Source: the human T2T-CHM13v2.0 reference genome, Homo sapiens. Taken from it: a stretch of DNA of 64,000 nt. Within the stretch, counting starts at the first letter, position 1; every line of letters begins with the position of its first letter. The stretch lies in assembly GCF_009914755.1 (NCBI RefSeq), contig NC_060927.1, one strand, 5' to 3'. This document shows, one piece after another, positions 52,575-64,000 of the stretch. A program made the position numbers and the translations under genes. A model generated the notes under the pieces. It had not been told where the DNA came from. It saw only the letters and a program-made list of their open reading frames with translations, and ran no database searches.

Positions 52575-53340
52575 AGCACTCCCTGTGTTCCAATTATTTT
52601 TCTACTCAGTGCGGTTACTCTATGTAAAAAAGTAGACAAAAAAATCCCACCTTTGAGAAGCAAATATTAATAAAGGGTGACAGACACGGAACCATAGTGA
52701 GTGAATAAGTTGTATAGTCCATTAGTAGACATTAATTGCTACTAAAATAAACAAACAAACAAACAAAGAAAACAGCATATAAGAGGAATTTAGAGTATGG
52801 TGTTCCTGACAAATATTACTATTATAGTTAATATTTAACTCTCTAAAGGGGATGCCTCATGAAAAAGTTATCTTTGAACAGGCTTGACATTATTGAATAA
52901 AGGAGCTATCTGGATATATGAAGGAAGAGCATTTCAAAGAGAAGAAGCAGCTAATGGAAAGGCCCTGAGGTTGGCGCATCCCCAGCATTTCTCGACATGA
53001 CACAAGAGACCAATATGCAAAGTGTACGAGAGAAGAAGAATAGATCAGAAAGAAAATGTTTACGATAGGGGCTAGAAATGGGAGTCAAGCAGATCTCTTA
53101 ATGTCTCCAATCTATAATACAGACTTTAATTTTTATTCTAAGTTAATTTTGGAAGTATTGGACGGTTCTGGGTAAAGTTGTGATGTGATCTGACCTGTTT
53201 TTTTAAAGCCCATTTTGACTGCTGGATTAAGAAACTATTGTAAAAACCTAAGTAAGAGATAATGGTGGTTTTGACCAGGAGGAAAGTGGTTAAAAGTAAT
53301 CCAATTCTGCATATATTTTGAAAGTAGAGCAAAAAGAATT
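52575..53340 (-). mobile_element. L2 fragment
   Basis: GAAGAGCATTTCAAAGAGAAG..AAAGGCCCTGAGG, GATGTGATCTGACCTGTTTTTTTAAAG, CAATTCTGCATATATTTTGAAAGTAGAGC. Confidence 0.75.
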
Positions 53341-54819
53341 TACTTTGAGAAATGATATCTGTCAGCATACAAAAGATATTTTATTTCTAATACTAAAATA
53401 TATTTCAGGTTATTCTATTCCACATCCGTAAGATACTGATCACAGGAGCATCCAGGCACTTTGCAGAGTGACTAAAGATAAAATACAGATAATAACCATT
53501 ATATCACAAAGTGACAGAACCTGGGATGATACTACTGTCAAAACCAATATTCTCATAAGATAAATATATGTGCATTGCCTATCTTGCAAGAGTAGACTAA
53601 AAATTTTCAGTGGGGTTAAATTTTATAAGTGATTTGAACATATATAGACAAAAAAATCTCACATATTTTATAGATATACATGAATCTATAAATAAAGAAA
53701 TGAAAGAAATACACAGCACCCAGTTCTGTTATAGCAGAAAGGAAAAGAAAGGTACATTAAATTTTTGCTGTGAGGTATGCAGTGGTAATAACTCATCTGC
53801 TCCTTGTGGTAATAACAGCTCTGTTGCTAACGTTCAAGATTTTTTTGAAAATAATATTTGTTGAAAATGAATTGTCTGAGTGTTAACCATCCCTATTTTT
53901 CAAATAGTAGTGTTTTATTTCCAGTTAAATTATCTTATTAGATGTTCCTATCAGCATAGCAGAGCAGTGGCTACTACTATTCTTTCCCAAATTGGAAAAA
54001 TGAATAACCAAGATACTCTTTTAAAAATATTCATTTCAACGTGTTTGTAGTATTGAAATAAAATTTTAAAATGCAAGTGACTCCAGATGACTGAAAATTT
54101 CTTCAATATATGTAAATAATTCACTTTATTAGGAAAATTATCTTCAGCGTACAGAAACACACACATGCATATTCATATTCTATGTTTAATTTAACATTTA
54201 AATTCTACTGTGTAATATTTAGACATCTAATACATTTATTTCTTTTCCTTTTATTTCACTCTCTGTTTCTCTCTCTTACCATTTGATTTTTGTTTGATTT
54301 TTGTTTGTTTCTATTATCTGCTCTTCTAAAAATTTCAAGTGAAACAGAATATTATCTCAATATTTAAACTGAGACCCTGGTATGCCTGATATCATGAAGT
54401 CATTTTTATTAAGATCACTAATATATATGTATTATTCTATCTTATATATATCTTAGTTATTATTTGTGTTATAGTAATATTTCTATCAATGAAATCAAAA
54501 CAACTATTAAGCAGTCTGTACACAATTTAGAATTTACTCTTTCAATATAATTTTAAAATACAGAAAAGTCAACCATATTTTATATAGTTTTAAGTATCTA
54601 ATCCTAGAAAATTAGCAAAATAATATACAAAAATTCAGAAAGAATTGATGCATGTTTACCATTGCAAAATATAAAATTAATATACGAATTTTTTTCTTTT
54701 TTATTTCTGATTAAAGTATAGCTGAATTTTTATATTCTATGCAAATGGATAAAAATAATAAGTGAAACGTGAATTTGCTGATAGTATTAACACCTTATCT
54801 CAAAATTCAACACTTGCTG

Positions 54820-55110
54820 CTGGTACTTCATCTTTTCATGTAAGTACGTTCTTTACCATGTAACATTGCAGTTCCTCCCACAGTTCCGGAGAACACTGTT
54901 CTCTATCTTGGTTTTAGGTTTAGCCAAGTGATTTGATCTGCCAAATGGGATGTAAGTGGGTGTGACATGAGGAGAACCTTAAGACGTGCTTGTGCAATGG
55001 GATTTTACTTTTGTGTTTTTAACATAACCATGAAAAGAGATTTCCTCTGCTATCAGTTGCATCTTCAGCTGGGCCTAAGAATGATTTCTTGTGGCACATA
55101 GCCAAAAGAG
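54820..55110 (+). mobile_element. MLT1-like LTR fragment
   Basis: TTGCAGTTCCTCCCAC..CCAAGTGATTTGATCTGCCAAATGGGATGTAAGTGGGTGTGACA. Confidence 0.6.
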
Positions 55111-55124
55111 GCTGAAGGAAAAAA

Positions 55125-56692
55125 CTAGAAAATCTGAATAGAACTACAAGGAATAAAGACATTGAATACATAATTAAATACCTCTCAACAAATAAAATGC
55201 TAAGGCTAGATGGTTTCACTGGAAAATTCCACTAAACATTTAAAGAAAGATTACTACCTATTCATCTCAAATTCTTCCAAGAAATAGAAGAGGAGGGAAT
55301 ACTAGCTAACTCATTCTATGAGGCTAGTATTACAAGGACACCAGAATAAGACACCTGCTTTCACCACTTTTACTTAACATAGTACTAGCAGTGCTGCCCA
55401 AAATATGATAAAAAAAAAAAAAGCATCCGAACCAAAGAAAAAAGCACTCTATTTTCTAGATAACATCAGTCTATACATAGACCATATTAAAGAATCCAGA
55501 CATACCCAAAAACTGTTAGAGGTAATAAATGAAATTATCAAAGTTGCAGGATACAAGATCAATACTCAAAAAATTATTTGCTTTACCATAGATTACAAAT
55601 CCATAATCTGAAAAGAAAATTAAGAAAAGAATTATATTTATAATAACATCAAAAATGATAAAATACTAGGGACTCATTTAATTAAGATGGTACAAGACCC
55701 TATACTAAAAACCACAAATCATTGCTGAAATTAAAGTAAATCTAAACAAATAAAAATATGTTGCATGTCCATTGATTGGATGACAGCATTTTTAAGATGG
55801 CAATATTCCCTAAAGCAGTCTACACATTCAAAGCAAAAATTTACAAATATCTGCACAAAAATACAAAATTTCTGCAAAAATTTATCTTTTTAAAACAGAA
55901 ACAGAAATCCTAAAATTTTTATAAAATTAGAAGGGCCCAGAATAGCCAAAACAATACTGAAAATAACAAAGTTAGAGAATTCACATTTCTCAATTTTAAA
56001 ATTTACTGCAAAGCTACCTTAATCAAAACAGTGTGCTATTGGCATAAAGCTAGACATAAGAATCAATGAAATAGAATTGACTATTGAGAAATCAATGCAT
56101 ACATCTATAGTAAATTTACTTTTGTCAAGGGTGCTGAGACCACAAAATAGGGAAAAGATATCTCTTCAACAAATTATGATAACTGATATTCACTTGCCCA
56201 ACAAAAAAAAATTACCCTATACCATATATAAAAACGTAACTAAAAATGGATAAAAAATCTAGATATGTGCTAAAACTATGAAACTCTTAGAAATGTAAAT
56301 ATGATTATATTTTAAGGACCTTGGATTTGTTAAGGGATTCTTAGATGTGACACCAAATGTACAATAAACAGTATATTAAAATAAATAAATAAATTACACT
56401 TTATCAAAATTAAAATTATTTTTACATCAAAGGATACTATCAAGAAAATGCAAAGACAATCCACTGAATGAGAGAAAATATTTACAAACTGTTTCTCTGC
56501 TGAGAATCTAAGAACTCCTACAACTCAACAACTACTAAATAAACAATCCAACTTAAAAATTGGTAAAGGACTTAAATACAATATTTTTTAAAAGAAAGAT
56601 ATATTAATGGCACACAAGCACAAGGAACAATGCTCAATACCATTAGCCATTTAGGAAATGCAATTTAAAACCACAATGAGATACAACTTACC
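55125..56692 (+). mobile_element. L1MA/MB ORF2 remnant with internal deletions
   Basis: CTAGATGGTTTCACTGGAAAATTCC, AAAGTTGCAGGATACAAGATCAATACTCAAAA, GGAAATGCAATTTAAAACCACAATGAGATAC. Confidence 0.85.
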
Positions 56693-56699
56693 TAGGTTG

Positions 56700-57306
56700 T
56701 AAAAAGGAAAAGTTTTTGAAGAATATTGCTACTCTAGTGAATACACAAATAAAACGAAAGTAAAACAGCCTTATTGCTGACATGGAGAAAAGCTTAGTGG
56801 TCTGGATAAAAAATCAAACCAGCCACAACATTCCCTTAAGATAAAGCCTAATTTAGAGCAAGGTCTTAACTCTCTGCAATTCTATGAAGCCTGAGAGAGG
56901 TAAGAAAGTTGCAGAAGAAAAGTTTGCAGCTAGCAGGTGTTGGTTCATCAGGTTTTAGGAAAGAAGCTATCTCCATAACATAAAAGTGCAAGGTGAAGCA
57001 GCAACTGCTGATGTAGAAACTGCAGCAAGGTATCCAGAATACCTAGCTAAGAGATTTGATAAAGGTGGTTACATTAAACAATAGGTTTCTAATGTAGACA
57101 ACACAACCTTAAAGTAGAGGAAGATGTTAAGAACTTTTCATAGCTAGAGAGGAAAAGTCAATATCTAGCTTCAAAGTTTCATAAGAGACTGCCTCTCTCA
57201 TTAGGGGTTAATGCAGCTCATAACTTTAACTTGAAGTCAATGCTCATTTACCATTTTGAAAATCCTAAGGCTCTTAAAAATAATGCTAAGTCAACTTTGC
57301 CTGTGC
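56700..57306 (+). mobile_element. Tigger1 transposase region, left part
   Basis: AAACAGCCTTATTGCTGACATGGAGAAA..TCAAACCAGCCACAACATTCCCTTAAG..CTCCATAACATAAAAGTGCAAGGTGAAGCAGCA..CCATTTTGAAAATCCTAAGGC. Confidence 0.92.
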
Positions 57307-60300
57307 ACCCTGCGCCCACTCCACCCACCACACCCGCCACACCACCATTGTCATCAGAGCATTGGCAGGCACAAAGCCAGCCAGGCCAGTCCTTTTCAGC
57401 ACGCTGCCCCTGCACCAGGGTTGCTGGCATGAAATTACACATGGAAAATAGTAAACCCTCTCCCAGTGCTGAACAGCCACTGTTGCAAGCCCAGCATGAA
57501 TAAGACCGAGGGTGCATGCAGCCCTGTGCCTATCAGCACGCTGCTCTTATGCTAACACTGCCACCAGTGCAAATGCATACACAGTCACCAGTAGGCCCCC
57601 ACCCCAAGCCATACTGCCCCCACTGCTGCTGCAATGCCCACACAGAGGCTTAGAACCCTGGAACCTAATAGCATCCTGCCCCAGCTGATAAGCAGGCAGC
57701 CTGCCATGCTGCTGCTGCTGCTGCTGGAATGTATGAATGGGGATGGATCTCACTGCCACTGCCCTGTGGAGTACTTTGACTGGCACCACCCATCAGAGTG
57801 TTGTGAACAGCAGTCTGGGAGCACCTGGACCCCTCCAGGGCAGCAAATTTCTAATTTCAAGGATCCAGAGGTCAAAGCTGGGACCCAATAACAGTCCCCC
57901 AGATTAGAGTACACAGCTCAGGAATACTGAGCTGAAACTTGGCCCCCTAAAATGTTACAGTAATAAAGCCAGCTGATTGAACCTACTTTATACACAATCA
58001 AACACCAAGGTCATCTAATAGGATAAAAGCAAAAAATAAAACCCATCCAAAGGACAGCAGCTTCATGGATCAAAGGAACATCAGTCCAGAAAGATAAGAA
58101 AGAACCAGCACAAGAATTCTGACAACTCAAAAAGCCAGAGTGTCTTTTTTTCTCCAAATGACCACATGAGTTGTCCAGCAAGAGTTCTTAATACAGCTGA
58201 GATGACTAAAATCACAGAAAGAGAATTCAGAAAGTGGATAAGAATGAAGATTATCAAGATTCAGGAGAATGATGAAACCCAATCTTCAGAAGCTAAGAGT
58301 CACAGTAAAATGATACAGGAGCTGATAGACAAAATAGCCAGTATAGACAAGAACATAACCAACCCGATAGAACTGAAAAACACTATATAAGAATTTCATA
58401 GTGCAATAACAAGTATTAATAGCAGAATAGATAAAGCTGAGGAAAGAATCTCAGTGCTTGAACTTGCTTTCTGAAATAAGACAGTTGACAAAAAAAGAAT
58501 GTAGAATGGAAAGGAACAAACAAAACCTCCAAGAAATATGGGATTATGTAAAGAGGCCAAATTTATGACTTATTGGCCTCCATGAAAGAGATGGTAAGAA
58601 TGGAACCAACTTGAAAATTATATATCAGAATATCATCCCGGAGAATTTCCCCAACCTAGCTAGGGAGGCCAACATTCAAATTCAGGAAATGCAGAGAACT
58701 CCCACAAAATACTTCACAAGAAGATTATCCCTAAGACACATAATCGTCAGATTCTCCAAGGTAAAAATGAAAGAAAACTTGTTAAAGGCAGCTAGAGAGA
58801 AAGGACGGGTCACCTACAAAGGGAAGCCTATCAGAGTAACAGTAGACTTCTCAGCAGAAACCCTACAAGCCAGAAGAATTTGGAGCCTATATTCAACATT
58901 CTTAAAAAAAATTCCAACCCAGAATTTTATATCTGGCCAACCTAAGCTTCATAAGCAAAGGATAAGTGAGTTCCTTCTCAGACAAGCAAATGCTGAGGGA
59001 ATTTGTTACCACCAGACTTGCCTTACAAGAGTTCCTGAAGGAAGCACTAAATATGAAAGGAAAAGATTATTACCAGTCACTACAAAAGTACAATTAAGTA
59101 CACAGACCAGTGACACTATAAAGCAACCACACAAACAAGTCTGCATAATAACCATCTAACAACAAAAAGACGGGAAGAAATCCTCACATATCAATACCAA
59201 CATTGAATATAAACAGGCTAAATGCCCCAATTAAAAGGCAGAATGTCAAGCTGAATAAAGGAGCAGGACCAAATGTTATGCTGTCTTCAAGAGACCCATT
59301 TCACGTGCAATGACACCTATAGACTCAAAATAAAGGGATGGAGAAAAATCTACCAACCAAATGGAAAACAGAAAAAAGCAGAGGTTGTAATTTTAATTTC
59401 AGACAAAACAAATTTTTTCAGTCAACAACGATTTAAAAAGACAAAGAAGGGGGATTACAGAATAGTAAAGGGTTCAATACACAAAGAAGACATCACTATC
59501 CTACATATATGTGCACCCAACACTTGAGCTCCCAGGTTCATAAAGTAAGTTCTTAGAGACCTTCAAAGAGACATAGACTCCCACATCAGTAGTAGGAGAC
59601 CTCAACAACCCACTGACAGTATTAGACAGATGATCAAGGCATAAGATTAACAAAGATATTAAGGACCTGAACTTGACACTGCACCAAATGAATCTGATAG
59701 ACATCTGCAGAACTCTCCACCTAAAAGCAACAGAATATACATTTTTTTATCTGCACATGGCATATACTCCAAAATCAACCAAATAATTAAATATGAAACA
59801 ATCCTCAGCAAATGCAAAAGAAACAAAATCATACTAACCTCTCTCTCAGATCACAGTACAGTAAAAGTAGAATTCAAGACAAAAAAATTTCTCAAAGCCA
59901 TAAAATTAACAAAACAATTTGCTCCTAAATAATGTCTTTTTGGTAATAAATAATTTAATGCAGAAATCAAGAAGTTCTTTGAAAACAATGAGAATGAAGA
60001 TACAATATATCAGAATCTCTGGGACATGGTTTAGGCAACTTTAAGAGGGAAATTTATAGCATTAAATACCCATGTCAAAAACTTAGAAGTATCTCAAATT
60101 AACAACTTAAGATCACAACTAAAAGAATGAGAAAAACAAGAGCAAACCAACCCCAAACCTAGCAGAATACAAGAAATAATCAACATCACAATCACAGTTG
60201 ACTTTATGGAGATTGAGAAACACAAAACTGATCAAAAGATCAATGAACCCAGGAGCTGTTTTTTTGAAAAAAAAAAAAAAAGTAGTAAGATAGAGAGACA

Positions 60301-63300
60301 ACTAGCTAGACTAATAAAGAAGAAAAGAGAGATGATCGAAAGAAACACAATCAGAAACAACAAAAGGGATATTATCACTGTCCCCAGAGAAATACAATTA
60401 ACTATCAGAGAATATTATGAACACCTCAATGCACACAAACTAGGAAATCCAAAAGAAATGGATAAATTCCTAGACACATACACCCTCCCAAGACAGAACC
60501 AGGAAGAAATTGAATCCTTCAACAGACCAACAATGAGTTCGGAAATTAAATCAGTAATGAACAGCCCACCAACCAAAAAAGCCCTATATCTGATGGATTC
60601 ACAACCAAATTCACAATCAAATCAAAGAGCTGATACCATTCCCACAAAAAGTACTCCAAAACATTGAGTAGGAGGAACTCCTCCCCAACACATTTTATGA
60701 GGCCAGTATCATCCTGTTACAAAAACCTGACAGAGAAACAACAAGAAAAAGAAAACTTCAGGCCAATATTCTTGGTAAATATTGATGCAAAAATCCTCAA
60801 TTAAATACTAGCAAAAGGAATCCAGCAGCACATGAAAACAGCTAATTCACCACAATCAAGTAGGCTTTATCCCTGGGATACAAGATTTGTTCAACATACA
60901 CAAATCCGTAGACATAATTCATCATATAAACAGAACTAGACAAAAACCACATGATTATCTCAATAGATTCAGAGAAGACTTTCAATAAAATTAAACACCC
61001 TTCATGTTAAAAACTGTCAGTAAACTAGGTATTGAAGGATATCTCAATATAATAAGAGCCATCTATGATGAACCCACAGCCAACCTCATACTGAATAGGC
61101 AAAAGCTGGAAGCATTCCCTTTGAAAACCAGTGCGAGACCAGGATACCCTCTCTCATCACTTCTATTCAGCATAGTATTGGAAGTTCTGCCCAGGGAAAT
61201 CAGGCAAAGAAATAAATAAAAGGAATTCAAGTAGGAAGAGAGGAAGTCAAACTATCCCTGTTTGTAAATGACATGATTCCATAATTAGAAAGCCTTATAG
61301 TCTCAGCCAAAAAGCTCCTTCAGCTGATAAACAACTTCAGCAAAGTTTCAAGATACAAAATCAATGTACAAAAATTGCTACCATTCTATATGCCAACAAC
61401 AGCCAAGACGAGAGCATTCAGGAATGCAATCTCATTCCCAATTGCCACAAAAAGAATAATATGCCTAAGAATACCAGCTAACCAGGGAGGTGAATACTAT
61501 CTACAATGAGAATTACAAAACAGTGCTCAAAAAAATCAGAGATGATACAATTCAAAAGACATTATTCAGGAGAATATTGAAATGGCCATACTGCCCAAAG
61601 CAATTTACAAATCCAATTCTATTTTTACCAAACTACCAACAACATTTTCACAAAACTAGAAAAAAAATTAACTTATGTGAGACAAAAAAGCCCAAATAGC
61701 AAAGATAATCCTAAACAAAAAGAACAAAGCTGGAGGTATCACACTACCAGACTTCAAACTATACTACAGGGATATGGTAACCAAAACAGCTCAGTACTGG
61801 TACAAATACAGACACATAGACAAAGGGAACAGAATTGAGAGCCCAGAAATAAGGCCATAACCTACATCTATCTGATCTTCAACAAAGCTGACAAAAACAA
61901 GCAATGGGGAAAAATTCTCTATTCAATAAATGGTGCTGGGATAACTGGCTAGACATATGCAGAAGATTGAAACTGGACTCCTTTCTTATGCCATATACAA
62001 AATTCAACTCAAGATGGATGTATTAGGATTCTCTAGAGGAACAGAACTAATAAGTATATGCATATATAAAGGGGAGTTTATTAAGGAGTATTGACTCACA
62101 CAATCACAAGATGAGGTTACACAACAGGCCATCTGCAAGCTGAGGAGCAAGGAGGCCAGTCGGAGTCCCAAAGCTGAAGAACTTGGAGTCCAATGTTTGA
62201 GGGCAGAAAGCATCCAGCGTGGGAGAAAGATGCAAACTGAGAGACTAAGCTAGTCTAGCCTTTTCACGTTCTTCTGCCTGCTTTTATTCTGGCCATGCTG
62301 GCAGCTGATTAATTTGTGCCCACCCAGATAGAGAGTGGGTCTGCCTTTCCAGGTCCACTGACTCAAATGTTAATCTCCTTAGGCAACACACTCACAGACA
62401 CACCCAGGAACAGCACTTTGCATCCTTAAATCCAACCAAGTTGACACTTAATATTAACCATCACCATGGATTAAAGAATTAAATGTAAAACCCAAAACTG
62501 TAAAAACCCTGGAAGAAAACTTAGCCAATACCATTCAGGAAATAAGCAGGGGCAAGTATTTCATGACAAAGATGCCAAAAGCAATAGCAACAAAAGCAAA
62601 AATTGGCAAATGGAATCTAATTAAATTAAAAAGTTTCTGCACCACAAAAAAACTGTCAACAGAGTAAACAGAAAACCTACAGAGTGGGAGAAACTATGTG
62701 CAAACTATGCATCTGCCAAAGATCTAACATCTAGCATCTATAAGGAACTTAAACAACTTTACCAGAAAAAAAAAAAATTAGAAAGGTGGCAAAGAACATG
62801 AACAGACACTTTCAAAAAAGACGTATACACTGCCAACAAGCATGTGAAAAGCTGAATATCACTAGTCACTGGAGAATGCAAATCAAAACCACAGTAAGAT
62901 ACCATCTCACACAAATCAGAATGGCTATTATTAAAAAGTCAAAAAAAAAAAAAAAAAAAAAAACAGATGCTGGCAAGAATGCAGAGAAAAGGAAATGCTT
63001 TTGCCGAGAGTGTAAATTGGTTCAACCATTGCGGAAAACAGTGTGGTGATTCCTCAAAGAGCTAAAAACAGAGCTACTGTTCAACTCAGCAGTTTCATTA
63101 TTGAGTATATACCCAAAGTAATATAAAATATTCTAGTATAAAGACACGTATGTACTTATGCTCACTGTTCACATTCGCAAAGAATGGAATCAACCTAAAT
63201 GTCCATCATTGGAAGTCTGGATAAAGAAAATGTGGTACATATACAACATGGAGTACTATGCAGCCATAAAAAGGATGAGATCATGTCTTGCAGGAACATG

Positions 63301-63630
63301 AATGGATCAAGAGGCCATTATCCTTATCAGACTAAAGCAAGAACACAAAACCAAATACTGTATGTTCTCACTTATAATTGAGAACTAAATGATAAGAACA
63401 TTTGGACACAAAGAGGAAAACTGGAGCCTCCCAGAGGGTGTAGGGTGGGAGAAGGGAGAAGAGCAGAAAAAATAATTGAGTACTAGGTTTAGTACCTGAG
63501 TGATGAAATAATATGTACATCAAACCCCCTCGGCATGAGTTTACCTATATAACAAATCTTCACATGTACTCCTGAACCTAAAATAAAAGTTATAGATAAA
63601 AAATAATAAATTAATTAAATAATAAAATAA
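57307..63630 (+). mobile_element. Near-full-length older L1PA (about PA13-PA16) nested in Tigger1
   Basis: CTG/CCA-rich 5' UTR, ORF1 (ENFPNLAREANIQIQEMQRTP), ORF2 fragments ([26 protein letters not shown]), 3' UTR ..GAACCTAAAATAAAAGTT and A-rich tail. Confidence 0.92.
62019..62465 (-). mobile_element. MLT2A1-like solo LTR inside L1 ORF2
   Basis: TGTATTAGGATTCTCTAGAGGAACAGAACTAATA...TATTAACCATCAC; perfect TSD ATGGA at 62014-62018 and 62466-62470. Confidence 0.93.
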
Positions 63631-64000
63631 AATATTTTGGCTTATTAACAGGGCACTTAGTCAGCCAAGAGCTCTGAAGCCTTGATGGAGATGTCTGAGG
63701 AGATTAATGTTTTCATGCCTTCTAACACAACATTCATCCTACAGCCATGAATTAAGAAGTAATTTCAACTTTCAAGTCTTATTATATAAGAAATATATTT
63801 TGTAAGGCTATAGCTGGTGCAGAGAGTGATTTCTCTGATGGTTCTAAGTAAAATAAATTGAAAACCTCTGAAAAGGGTTCACTATTGCACATGCCATTAA
63901 TAACATTTATGATTCATGGGAGGAGGCCAAAATTTCACCATTAACAAAAGTTTGGAAGAAGTTGATTTCAACCCTTGTGGATGACTTTGAGGGTTCAAGA
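63631..64000 (+). mobile_element. Tigger1 transposase region, right part (runs off the window)
   Basis: CCAAGAGCTCTG..GAGATTAATGTTTTCATGCCTTCTAACACAACATTCATCCTACAGCCATG..AACCCTTGTGGATGACTTTGAGGGTTCAAGA. Confidence 0.92.

Noticed and set aside
57231-57891. GC-richer ORFs with poly-Q/poly-L (CTG repeat)
   Set aside because: Part of the older L1PA 5' UTR, not a gene.

Overview
Primate (very probably human) AT-rich, gene-poor genomic DNA, mostly interspersed repeats. It holds Alu S/J copies, many old L1 fragments, a full-length TSD-flanked L1PA (minus, 46417-52554), a near-full-length older L1PA nested in Tigger1, a two-LTR HERV-H/LTR7 provirus (minus, 22496-28345) inside a MER2, ERVL/MaLR LTRs and internal remnants, L2, MIR and DNA-transposon fossils. 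No intact host protein-coding gene is evident, and nearly all listed ORFs are repeat-derived or chance. The main surprise is a ~5 kb stretch (~6900-12075) that matches no repeat I recognise. Hand-translated through stops and frameshifts, it resembles a fossil non-retroviral negative-strand RNA virus insertion: the C-terminal part of an L polymerase (connector, methyltransferase, C-terminus) ending at a stop fused to an A-run, followed by a nucleoprotein-like gene. Ancient LTR40-like and MER5-like elements interrupt it. This call rests on by-eye motif comparison with viral sequences recalled from memory and needs profile-search confirmation. Repeat subfamily names are also by recall, and many boundaries are approximate.
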